Shown here: piece after piece, positions 12,422 to 22,875 of the stretch
Position numbering within the stretch: position 1 is the stretch's first letter
Layout: each line of letters opens with the position of its first letter
From: Mantamonas sphyraenae STR306
Lineage: Eukaryota; Protista; CRuMs
DNA length: 64,000 bases
Assembly (NCBI GenBank): GCA_026936335.1
Contig: JAPMXV010000052.1
Location: forward strand, 310,001-374,000
Direction of reading: 5' to 3'
The notes under the pieces: generated by a model
What the model saw: the letters and a program-made list of their open reading frames with translations, nothing else
What the model was told of the DNA's origin: nothing
The model's database searches: none
Position numbers and translations under genes: made by a program

Positions 12422-14581
12422 ATGGATCTCATCGATGGCTTGCGCTCACTTTTGAGGCGCCATGACCAGGAGGAATCTGTCAAGGTCGTCGAGAACAAGG
12501 GGTTGTTTTGCGAAAGCGCACTCGCTCTCGACGTCCACGACGGCCATCTCGTGTTCCGAAACAGCAACAATCGCATCCTCGACGACGAAGAGCTGGCCAA
12601 ACAGGCCTGCGGACCCATCCGCCTGCATGAGCGCTGGCAAGCTGCCGCCGCGCAAACTCTGGATGAATTCTCCAGCGCCGACATCGCCTACCACTGTTGC
12701 CTGGGCAAACCCCACTGCATCTCCAACGGCGCAACGTATGGTGCACAGCCATGGTACTGCACGACAGGCCTCTCGAGCCGATGCGAGGCCGCTCGGCATG
12801 CTGGGGCCATCGGCGACGGGGGGGGTGTGTTTGGGGTCGTTGACAAACCGCTTGTCGAAGTGTTTCACGGCTCCCGCGGCGCAAACGGCGTCGTCACGCA
12901 GACCATCCAACGTGCTCAAGTCACCCAGTTTGCCCTGAACAAATCCTTCGAGGTCGTGACCCTCCAAGAGCAGCCCGATCTCGCCTACGACGCGGCCCCC
13001 ACCCACGATGTCACCTTTGAGACTCTTTGGACTCCCGAGAACCACCTCATGTACAGCGACCTATTTCAGTCGCAAGTGCGCGCCTTGCTCATGCTTGCTG
13101 CGCGAGACTACGAGGAGGAGGAGGAGGAGGAGGAGGAGCAAGACTCGGATTCCCCTTCCCCTGGCCCATTTCGCTTCGACCTCCTTCCTTCCGAGGTGCT
13201 CGATCGTGTGTTTTGCCACCTGGCTGCTATCACCTACCCGTGGTACATGCCTCCCGCCGCTCCGTGTGGTGCTGCCCTGCAAACTGTCAGCGGCGCCATG
13301 GTCCTTGGCGACGGCCCTTGGTGCTGCGTCGGCACAAAGGGTGGCTGCATTGCTGATGCTGGAAGCAGCGTGTGGGGTGGCTCCTCCATGGATGACCACT
13401 GGGTCACCAACGACAGCAACATGTGTCGTGCCGGGATCATGCTCGGCTTGCTGGATCGTGAGGAAGGAGGCGTCATGAACGTCAGCATGCGTCCGGGACG
13501 CGATTCCTACCACAGTTGCACTCGCAACGGCGTTCAGTCATCCTCGTATGGGGTCTGGCGATCCTCTGTCGAGCTCACCGAGTGCAAGGACAAGTTTCCG
13601 GGAGACTGGGAACAGCCAGACTCCTGCGGCACCGTTCCCCCTCCCACGGGCAACCAGTTTTTGTGCTCAGGCGCAGGCCGCGGGTGCACCTCCCTCTGCA
13701 CTCCTCAGGACGACGAAACCCTGAGTGCCGGTGTCATGGACACCCTGGACGATGGAACGATGGTCTTTGCCTGGAGTGTCCCCCGCTGCTGGGCCGCCTT
13801 TCGCCAAGGTCTCACTCGCTTCAACACTGGCGGCACCTTTGCCGTCAATTCCCATTCCTCCGGTGGCTACATCCTCGCGTTGGGTGTCCCCGAATCCGAG
13901 ATTCCCGAAAACATGACCCGCCGTGTCACATGTGGCGCCTCGAGCATGCGCATCCCGCCCTCGCCCCTCAACACCATGCACGAGTCCCTTGTGCAGGAAC
14001 CCAAGGATGTTTCTTCCACCCGAATCGACCACGACAACGATCCACAGCAGATGTTGTCGCTCGTCGACCGACGCAACGGCAGTTTGCATCAGCTCTCGCC
14101 ACTCTATTTTTGCCGCGGCTGCAACACAAGTCTCAACGTCTGGGGAAGCTATGAGGGCGGATACACAAATGACTCTAACCGTTGCACAGCTGCTCGGCAT
14201 CAGGGTCTGACCCTCACTGCCGATGGCAATCCCAAACCCTGTCTCATGGCCCAGTTCAACTCGACCGGCAACGCCGCATACACAGGCACCACGCGCAATG
14301 GTGTCACCACACGCAATTACGGTGCTTGGGGAGGCTCCATCCACCTTGTCCCTTGCACAGAGCTCACCATGCCGGCCATATTCCGCCTCGGCGGGTTGCC
14401 TGCCCTTGCCAGCGAGTTTGAGAGCGAACTGGGCACGTCCGACGGCATGGTCACCTCCTACGTCACCAGTTCCCCCAGCGCCACCTCTTCTCAGCTCCAA
14501 AGCACTGTGCAAGATCTCATTGGGCAGCCCACAAACGTCGACAACGTCGAGATCGAGATCGAATACATCGAGGAGGACTAG
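12422..14581 (+). CDS. LCCL-repeat protein with internal F-box-like motif (719 aa), paralogue A
   Basis: Three LCCL-like units (e.g. VWG..TNDSNMCRAG..GG..PGRDSY..RNGVQSSSYG; VWGS..YTNDSNRCTAARHQG). F-box-like FDLLPSEVLDRVFCHL. ATG at 12422. Confidence 0.75.
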   Translation: MDLIDGLRSLLRRHDQEESVKVVENKGLFCESALALDVHDGHLVFRNSNNRILDDEELAKQACGPIRLHERWQAAAAQTLDEFSSADIAYHCCLGKPHCISNGATYGAQPWYCTTGLSSRCEAARHAGAIGDGGGVFGVVDKPLVEVFHGSRGANGVVTQTIQRAQVTQFALNKSFEVVTLQEQPDLAYDAAPTHDVTFETLWTPENHLMYSDLFQSQVRALLMLAARDYEEEEEEEEEQDSDSPSPGPFRFDLLPSEVLDRVFCHLAAITYPWYMPPAAPCGAALQTVSGAMVLGDGPWCCVGTKGGCIADAGSSVWGGSSMDDHWVTNDSNMCRAGIMLGLLDREEGGVMNVSMRPGRDSYHSCTRNGVQSSSYGVWRSSVELTECKDKFPGDWEQPDSCGTVPPPTGNQFLCSGAGRGCTSLCTPQDDETLSAGVMDTLDDGTMVFAWSVPRCWAAFRQGLTRFNTGGTFAVNSHSSGGYILALGVPESEIPENMTRRVTCGASSMRIPPSPLNTMHESLVQEPKDVSSTRIDHDNDPQQMLSLVDRRNGSLHQLSPLYFCRGCNTSLNVWGSYEGGYTNDSNRCTAARHQGLTLTADGNPKPCLMAQFNSTGNAAYTGTTRNGVTTRNYGAWGGSIHLVPCTELTMPAIFRLGGLPALASEFESELGTSDGMVTSYVTSSPSATSSQLQSTVQDLIGQPTNVDNVEIEIEYIEED

Positions 14582-14587
14582 CCATCG

Positions 14588-16354
14588 TCAAAGTTCAATG
14601 TGCACTCCACCTCCGTCACTGCTGCTGCTGCTGCTGCTGCTACTGCTCCCCCCACTGCTACTCCCCTCCTCTGCATTTCCATTCAGCTGGGAAAGCACAA
14701 CCTCTCGTGCGTATTCCAGCCCTGCCAGCTTCAGGATCCTCGGCAGCGTCTCCTCGTTGACCTCAATCAAGTCCACAGTGCCTCCCCAGGCACCGTAGGG
14801 CTTGCTCGTGACCCCGTTCTGCGAGCTCCCAGGATACGACGCATGGCCACGGCTGCGCAGCACCGCAAACAGATTCGGCTCCGAATCACCGTTCAGGTTG
14901 ACGGTCAGGCCCTGATGCCGTGCAGCACGGCACATGTGTGAATCTGCCGTGTATCCGTTTACGTCGGTGCCCCACACTGTGCCCGATGTCTCCTCGCAGC
15001 CCGTGCAGAACATCAATCGGATCAGCTCCAGTTCACGCGGGTTCTCCCACAGCTGCTGCTTCGTCGTCGACTTGATCACTTTCCCCTTGCCTGCACCGTC
15101 CTTCATCGACTCTTCCATCGTCGCCCCGGGCGACGGCGGCAGGTGCACCTCCGTGATCCCGCATCGGTTTTTGTCGCGCGACGACATCGGCAGCCACGTC
15201 AGTTCTTCTTCCGTCGGCTCACGTACACAGTACCCTTTGCCCGTGCCCTCTGTCGAAAACTTGCCTCCCTTGTTGTACCGCGTGAGGCCCACCTGCAGCG
15301 CCGCAAGACACGCCGGCACCTCGTGGCCAAATACAGGCGTGCCATCATCCAGTCTCTCCAACACCAGCGACTCCTCGTCCGATCCGTCGGGCATGATGCA
15401 CTCTGTGCATCCTTGGCCGTATCCACGGCACATGTGCACCACAATCCCACGCGTGTCTTCTTGCGGCCCACACTTGTCCGCTTCGTTCTCCTCGCTCACT
15501 GCCGTCAGCTCAAACGAGCCCCGCCATGGCCCGTACTGCTTGCTGTCCACTCCGTTGGCCGACACGGCGTGGTACTCCGACAGGCCGGGTTTCGTCTTGA
15601 CCAACATGGTCCCTCCCTGCTCCGGGTCCAGCACCCCCAGCAATCGCCCAGCAAGGCACAGGTTGCTGTCATTTGTCACCCAATGCTCGTCTGCCATATG
15701 TCCTCCCCACACCGTGCCTCCGCCCTCGCATCCGTTGCTCTTGCCTCGGCACACCCACCGACCGCCGCTGAACGTGTCCGGGCGCTGCACAGGCGAGTGT
15801 GCCACCACGCACGATTCCACCTTGGGTAGGTTCCAGGGATATGTGTCGTGTGCGAGGTGGCAAAACACACGTTGGATCACCTCCACCGGCAAAAGGTCGA
15901 AGCGAAACGCGGGCACTTCCACCTCTGCACCTCCTTCCTCGTCCTCCACGTCCTCGTACTCACGTGCCGCAAGCATCATCACCGCACGCACTTGATCCTG
16001 GAAAAAGTCGCTGTACGCTTGGTTGTTCCCCGGCGTCCACAGCGTCTCGAATGTCAGCCCAGCCAGCGGAGGGGCCACATCGTACTTGTCCGTGTCCACC
16101 GACATGGACAGCGCTGCGGGAAGCACCCGGTACGACTTGGTGGTCATTTGATTTGTCACACGGAAATCGCTCGAACGTCGGCCTTGCCCCGCTCCCTTTG
16201 TGCTTGCGTAGTAGCCAACCGGCGGGAGCTCCTGCACAAGGAAGACGCCTCCGTCTTCTCCAATCACCCCACTGTGACGCGCTGTCTCACACATCGCCGA
16301 CACGTCACCCATCATGTACAGTGGGTTCGTTCCCACGCATCGCGACTTTGTGTA
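14588..16354 (-). pseudogene. LCCL/F-box-like paralogue B, 3' part (interrupted by the mobile element)
   Basis: Collinear with paralogue A (TFETLWTP, FDLLPVEVIQRVFCHL, VTNDSNLC, YTADSHMCRAARHQG). Lacks the N-terminus, which lies at 22981-23432. Confidence 0.85.
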
Positions 16355-16389
16355 TTGTGGCGTTCAGCGCGCTGTGGACGCAAAAAGAA

Positions 16390-16725
16390 ATGACCGTCAA
16401 AACGAATGCAACGGGTGGGTCATACATCCACGGCAAAGCCTTTTCGGCGGACAAACGAGAATGCATTCTCTTTCACTACCAATCCAGCCTGCGTCCTTCG
16501 TGCAGAGGCACAGCGGAGGCTCTCGGTGTGTCTCCTTCCGTCGTGTCCAAGATTGTACGTCAACACCGAGCCATGGGCCATGTACGCCCTCTTGTGGCCC
16601 AACCACCGTCCAGGCGTCTCCTGGATGCCAATGACGACCAGTTCATTGCTGAACAGGTGGCGGATAAGGCGCAAGACGCTTGTTGCCACATGAGAGGAGC
16701 GTTATGGCACTCTTCCAGCACGTAG
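16390..16725 (+). CDS. Paired-like (PAI) HTH DNA-binding ORF of Tc1/IS630 type (111 aa; possibly exon 1 of the Fanzor gene)
   Basis: NATGGSYIHGKAFS..R..I..RPS..TAEALGVSPSVVSKIVRQHRAMGHVRP parallels the paired domain [45 protein letters not shown]. Confidence 0.7.
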   Translation: MTVKTNATGGSYIHGKAFSADKRECILFHYQSSLRPSCRGTAEALGVSPSVVSKIVRQHRAMGHVRPLVAQPPSRRLLDANDDQFIAEQVADKAQDACCHMRGALWHSSST

Positions 16726-16970
16726 CCTCTCCCGGAAAGGCCTCTTTGTCAGATGTGATGGCCAAGGATCCACCAAAAGGGCAATTTCTGCTGAAGTACC
16801 CTGGATGTTGTCGCACAGCCTGTCCACTTGGCTCTGTCTGTGCATGTGGACGAGCCCAGTGCGGTGCAGGCGTGCACCCCGCCATCATGCACTGCAAGTC
16901 AGTGGCGGGCAATCGGGTGCCGTACACGGAGCCATGATGGAAACGGGGACAGCACATCGCACCCACGTGG

Positions 16971-19900
16971 ATGAGTGAACGATGCAGCGAGACCTGGGCC
17001 ACTGGAACGAAACGTCACATGTCCAACTTTCTCCGTTGCCAAAACCCAAGCTGCAAAGACAACAGTGTGCTGATGGTGTGCTGGGTCAAGTTACCAAGAG
17101 GCGGGCATGTCTCCGTTGTCTGTGCAGCGTGTGTCGCGGCACATAGCTCCATCTCGCTCTACCCACCCCGCACGCAACTGCAAGCCCTCCATATGCCAGA
17201 AATGGACATGCAATCGTACGCCACCGTCAACGGTGTCAATCCGAAAGATCAGGCGTGCTGGGTATCCGCGTATACAGCCGCTGTGCGCTGCTCACCGCCG
17301 CTCCGCTTTTCGATGTGCAAGTATCTCATCAGCTGGGTGGAAAGGATGGAGGAAACAGAGGAGGGCTCATCCATCTGGGAGGCCGGATTGGATCCTAGAC
17401 ACCGTGATGATCTGGATGCGCAAGACGGTGAGCAGCGACTCGGTAAGTGGGGAGTGCGCTTCCGGCTCCATGCCTGTCAAAAATTCCCGTGCTGACGCTC
17501 CTCCCCCCACCCCCCCCCCCCCGCGCGCGCGCACAGACCCCGACGTCGTCAACACAGCCCTCCTGCGCCAGTGCTGGTGCATGGCCATGTTCTGCGAGGA
17601 TGATGATTATGCTCGGGCCTGCAACGACCTCTTCTTGGCGGCCTCGGTGAAAGCGGGCGATGCTGGCTTTTGGGGCGATTGCTACGACCTGGACCTCTGC
17701 CTGCAAAAGGCCTTCGACGCGGATTTCCCCGTCAAGGTCGTGAATTTGTTCGAGCAGGAAGCTGCCACAGCGAAATTTGATGAGCTTGCGCGACAACATG
17801 GGCCTCCGAAGCAGACGGCTCCGTGTCCGTTTGCCGTCCTTCGCTTCGCCGGCAATCACTACACCGCGTGGCTGCCACAGGATGGAGGGACTTACCGTGT
17901 GTACGATGACAAGCAGTGCATGCTGACGGAGGAGACGTGGGCGTCCAGGCCCGAACCCGTTGCGGTGAAACTGCTCGTGCCCACGACGTCCGTGTCCGTG
18001 GACCAGTGGGCCTTTCCACCTTCGGTAGGGGGCGTAATCGATCTCCGGAACAAGTCCAACGTGTTCCGCACGCCTCAGACGATCAAGTCCCCCAAGGTCA
18101 AGAAGACCAGCACACAGGAAGCCGCGGTCGCCCTCTACAAACGTGCCAGAGCACGCGAGACGACACAGTCTCATGGAAGGCACCCTTCGACACGAACGGT
18201 GGTGGCCGGCGCAACTGTGACCGTGCGTGGACTTGTCCTTGCCAGCCCTGCAAAGCGTATTGCAAACGCCTCCTTCCAGTTGCCAACGATGACTGGAGCA
18301 AAGACACCGCTCACTTCCAAGCAGTTGGACGTTCTGCACAACGACTGGCAATCACCCTCCGCAACTTTGCAGCTTGTGCCCATGTTTGTGGGCCTGTCCA
18401 CGCTTGTGGGCAGGTACCTGCGCCTCTCCGACCATCAAGCCACCCATCCCCCCGAGTACGCCTCTCCCATGCAGTGGGTCACCTCAGTGTTTGGCAAAGT
18501 GGTGCCGCGGCTGCGCAAATTGTCCTCGTCGTTGACAGTGGTCGACGACGCAATCGCGACGAATGCTGTCCTTGATGGCTTTGGTACACCCATCGAGATG
18601 CAAACGCTGTACAAACAGCTGGGTGCTGCTGCATCCCAGCAGACCTTCTCCAACGCGAGGCAGCGCAGCTTTGCCAGCAGGGCGACGGTGACAACACTGT
18701 TTCCTTTTGTTCGCCAGTGCCTGGCTAATCATGGCGTGGAAATGATGGAGCTGGCCACGTTCGTCAAAGGTGAGAACAAAGCCAACAGTGTCGTTCTTTG
18801 CCACCGGGAGGCCCGTCTGTTGGCTGCCGTTGCCTGCCATGATCCTGCAATTCCGCGCCAGCTGGTCAACATGTTCAGCGGCTCGCCCATCGACCAGGTT
18901 TCTCTCCGGAAGAAATTGAGCCAATCAGGATTGAAAACCTGGGCCAAGGGCGTCAAGGATGACAAGAACACGACGTTGGGCGAGGTGCTGGCCACAGTGG
19001 GACTTCAAGACAAATACCGCTCCTGTACGCCACAATCGGCACTCGCATTGTCGTTGGGTGTGTGCCAACGGCTGGGAGGAGTGTACGAGCTCGACCACCA
19101 GCGCGCTGAGGCTGCAATGGAGCTCCTGTCCCGTGTTTGCACATGCAGTCGCAAGCAGGTGAAGGGGAAGCCACGCTCCGTCGAGGCCCTGGCCGCCCAG
19201 CTGAAGGTTCGGGACAAGACTATCACCTACAAGCACGCCGAGAAGCAAAAAAAGATCAAGGACACCCGTCCACACATGGACTACAAGGTCGGGCCGAGGA
19301 AAGTCAAGGGCGTACTCCACGCGCAGGAGATGCCGTTCCACCGCGCGCACGGCACCCATCAGATCGTCGCAAACGCCATGGTCGGCGAGACGGACAACCC
19401 GAAGCCGGACGAGGAGGACTGTGCAATCCCGTACCTCTTGACCACGCCGTTGGACGACATCCTCAATTTGGTGGGCGACGCGCCGCCCGAGTTCAACATT
19501 TCGGTTTTCTGCAAGGACCAGGCACTGAATGACCAACAAGCCATGCAAGAATGGGCATCTTCTCCTCACATTCTCACACTGCAGCAAGAGGAACAACTTG
19601 CGCGGTTGCTGGGAATGGAGGGCAAGGTGTTGCGTCCCCCGCTGGGCTCCTCGACAACGAGAGCGGATCAGCTCGAAGCTGCACTGCAGTCAGGACAGAA
19701 CGTACCAACCACACCGCTTGCAGATGCATTCCACGACAAGGACGCCGTGATGGGAACTCAGCGTGGCCGCCCGGTTTGGTGGCCCGAATCGCGAGGCATG
19801 TCGACGCTGCTGCCCAACAAGGCGAAGGCGAGTGTTGTCAAGGACAAGGACTTTGTGCAGTACCAGAGTTACCTGAAGAAGAAGGTGAATTTGAAGCAAC

Positions 19901-22875
19901 ACGTGCGTGGCCTGGGAACGAGCCGGAACGAGGACGTCGTCGGTGCGCTGGCTGAGCTTCTGCTGCTGCAAACAGCCTTATTAAGGTGCTGGTTCTATGA
20001 CCAAGTGGTGCCAGAGGTACGCAAGGATCCCACTGCGTGGTTCACAGCTTGTGATGGGACGGCCGAGCAGGAGGAGGAGGAGGAGCAGATGCCACTGGAA
20101 CAACACACAGGGGATGCGACGGATGGCGAAGGGGTTGGGATGCAGACGGTGGCTGAAGAGGAGGAGATGGATGAGGACGAGGGGGCAATGGTGCCGTTTG
20201 ACCTGCTTCGCCCGCATGTCAACCTGCGCAAGGTCGCCTACAACAACCTCAACATGCTGATTGACAACAGGGACAACCCAGAGGAGCTCCAGGCAGTCTG
20301 CTTCACGAACGATGGGATTCGCAAGGCTGGTAACCACGACAAGACCTTGGATTTCTCCTTTCTCGTCCACAGGCTCCAAGTGGACCTTTCTTCCGTCAAA
20401 CGCACGTCCGTCTGGGGGATGGCAAACGACGTGGCCAAGGCCTTTAACGCTAGCCTCCAATCAGCGATTTCCCTCGCTGCGTACCCAATGATCGTCGCCT
20501 TGCTGCAGGACGGGGCACCCTTTGAACTGCCCCTATCAGCCATGATTGCAAGCGTCGCGGCCGTCAAGCACCAAAGCTACTCCAACACAAAGACAGCGTT
20601 TCAGAGGCATCAGATCTCCACAAAGGAGTCCCGGGACTTTGTCTTTTCGCAACCAACCCACCAGACCGCAATCGCCTCTGAGTGGGATCCGTACGATGAA
20701 GTCTGCGAGAGCTTGCCTCCGCTTCTTCGCACGCATCTGCTGGCCAAGAGGGTCGCACTGACCGACTTTTTGGACGTGGTGCTGAAGCCACGCTCAAACC
20801 TGACCACCAACCTTTCCAACCGCCAGGCAAAGCGTACCGTTGCTTCCACGGCAGCAAGGTTGAAATGCATGGATGCCATGTTCCCCGGACCCATCGATAC
20901 AGGTGGCCAATGGGCATTTGGTGCTTCGTCAGTCGACAGCTACGCCTTTGACATCTTTGTGCAGAGCATCGAAGCGAGGTGGAACGCCCTTGGCAAGCCG
21001 AACGGGAACGCCAATCCAGACGCCAACCCGGACGCCAACCCAAACGACCCCCAAGACGCAAACCCGAACGCCAAGTTGGGCGCCAACCCGAGCTGGTGGG
21101 ACGCGTTGAAGGGAAGCAATTGGGTTTTGACTCCGCAGGTGCTGCCAACTCTGCCCAAATGGCTTCGGGAAGAGGTGTTCCGGTGTCGATACGCTCGTGG
21201 CATGCCAGAAAACAACGCTGACGAGGATGGTCAGCCAGTCCAACACTGGGCAGGAGAGCGGCCGCTGCAAACCGTGCCTCTGAAGTCCATCTTGATGCTC
21301 ACGCGGGGAGTGGGAAGCAAGACACACGCAAGGTGCCTGCTGAAGAACATCAGCGCCAGCAGCATGCGCATGCTCTCTGGTGGAATCGCCGCTCAGGGCA
21401 AGTACAGACGAGCGTTTGTGTTGCAGCCACCGAAAGTTCACAATCTCCTGCCTTCACCGGCGAGCCTTACAACGCTGATCCGGCCAAGGATGGCACATCT
21501 CCTGCCCCTTCTGCTGGATCCCAAGAAGGACGCGCTGATTGCCCTTGCCGTACTGAACCCAACGGGCATGCCAGACGCGCTGATGGAAGCCGTCCAGCAG
21601 ATCGCGCCTGGTTTCCCGAAGTACCCCGTTCCGAAGCGTGGCTTGGTCGAGCAGGTCAAGGCCTTTGCCAAGAATGGATACGCAGTCCTTGAGCATGCAC
21701 GCAACGTGCTTTGGGTGAGCATAGATCCTGGTCGCGGGCGCGACTGGGTCGAGGCGATCTTTGTGCGGGACGGCCAGCTGTATGTGGCCACCCTACCCTT
21801 GGACAGCCACGAGGTGCAGGCACACAAGGCAGGGCAGGACCGAGTGCTGGCGTCGTACACGGACTTCAAGGAGGAGTACAAGCAACGGGACTTTGGAACA
21901 GGCTTGCTCAAGGATGCGAAGCACATGCGTGCGCAGTACGCATCGTTTCGCAAACGAAGGATGGCAGGCGTGCGTGAGATGATCTCCGTGATCCACAAGT
22001 TCCGCGCGCATCTGGACCTGGAGCAGGTGATTGTGCTGCAGCCGACAAAGACGTTTGGCGGACGCGGGAAATCGCAGGAGATGCGGGAGATGCTGGCCAA
22101 CCACTTTGTCGTCATTGCAGCAGACGAGAGGTATACATCGCAGCAGTGCTTCTGTGGGAGCCCTGTCGACAACTTGGACGACTTTGGCGCTGAGAAGTTT
22201 GGGCGATGGCGGACGTGCAGTAGCCACTGCCTGTCGGACATCGACTCCAACATGTTTGACGCCACGAAGCAGCTCAAACGCTTTGCACAACGGCACGCAT
22301 GCAAAGAGATGGGGGGCGAGGGTGAGCACAACTTGCACCAGGCAGTTCAGAGAGACCGAGGCTCTGCACACTGCATCTTCTGGCGGCAGATGCTCTTCTT
22401 TGTCACAGGCGTCTGGATGGAGAAGCCAACAAAGGAAATCAAGGTGCAACGCAAGGCAGCAGACAAGGCGGGCAAGAGAAGCAAGAAGAGAAGAGATGAG
22501 GAAGTGGGGGAAGACGAGGATTCGGGTGGGTCACAACCACAACAGCATGCTCCCAAGCGACAAAGGGTACAGCGACGAAGGAAGGTGCAACGCAAGGCAG
22601 CAGACAAGGCGGGCAAGAGAAGCAAGAAGAGAAGAGATGAGGAAGTGGGGGAAGACGAGGATTCGGGTGGGTCACAACCACAACAGCATGCTCCCAAGCG
22701 ACAAAGGGTACAGCGACGAAGGAAGGTGCAACGCAAGGCAGCAGACAAGGCGGGCAAGAGAAGCAAGAAGAGAAGAGATGAGGAAGTGGGGGAAGAAGAG
22801 GATTCGGGTGGGTCACAACCACAACAGCATGCTACCAAGCGACAAAGGGTACAGCGACGAAGGATAGGCAAATGA
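16971..22875 (+). CDS. Giant Fanzor (TnpB/Cas12-family RuvC nuclease) with N-terminal USP-like cysteine protease; exons ~16971-17442 and 17537-22875 (~1,936 aa; true start uncertain)
   Basis: RuvC-I VSIDPG (D at 21724), RuvC-II AADERYTSQ (E at 22126), Zn finger CFC..CSSHC (22147-22230), RuvC-III QRDRGSAHCI (D at 22354). Intron GTAAGT..GCTGAC..polyC..CACAG (17443-17536) joins ORF 16971 in frame to the long ORF. Confidence 0.85.
20998..21090 (+). repeat. Coding degenerate 12-bp repeat (NANP/DANP) inside the Fanzor ORF
   Basis: PNGNANPDANPDANPNDPQDANPNAKLGANP; gacgccaacccg-type units. Confidence 0.8.
22441..22863 (+). repeat. Tandem repeat, 3 x 141 bp (47 aa), at the Fanzor C-terminus
   Basis: Units start at 22441, 22582 and 22723. 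Copies 1 and 2 are identical; copy 3 has 2 substitutions. Encodes KVQRKAADKAGKRSKKRRDEE..PKRQRVQRRR. Confidence 0.97.

Noticed and set aside
12690-12750. Paralogue A as a second target of the predicted guide
   Set aside because: The homologous site is too diverged at nucleotide level and lacks the TA junction.
16390-16725. Host Pax transcription factor
   Set aside because: Only a diverged PAI-like half is present, inside the element 35 nt from its end; a transposase-derived HTH is more parsimonious.
16935-16937. Selenocysteine or stop-codon reassignment
   Set aside because: TGA ends many genes in the window and no SECIS was recognised. An intron or nonsense change explains it.
17107-17536. 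ATG 17107 as the start of a 1,922-aa protein
   Set aside because: The first ~143 codons look like off-frame/intron read-through (PPPTPPPPRAR from the poly-C tract). A canonical intron links the 16971 frame, which supplies the Cys box.
22441-22863. CRISPR array next to a Cas12-like gene
   Set aside because: The units are contiguous 141-bp in-frame coding repeats with no unique spacers, and there are no cas genes.
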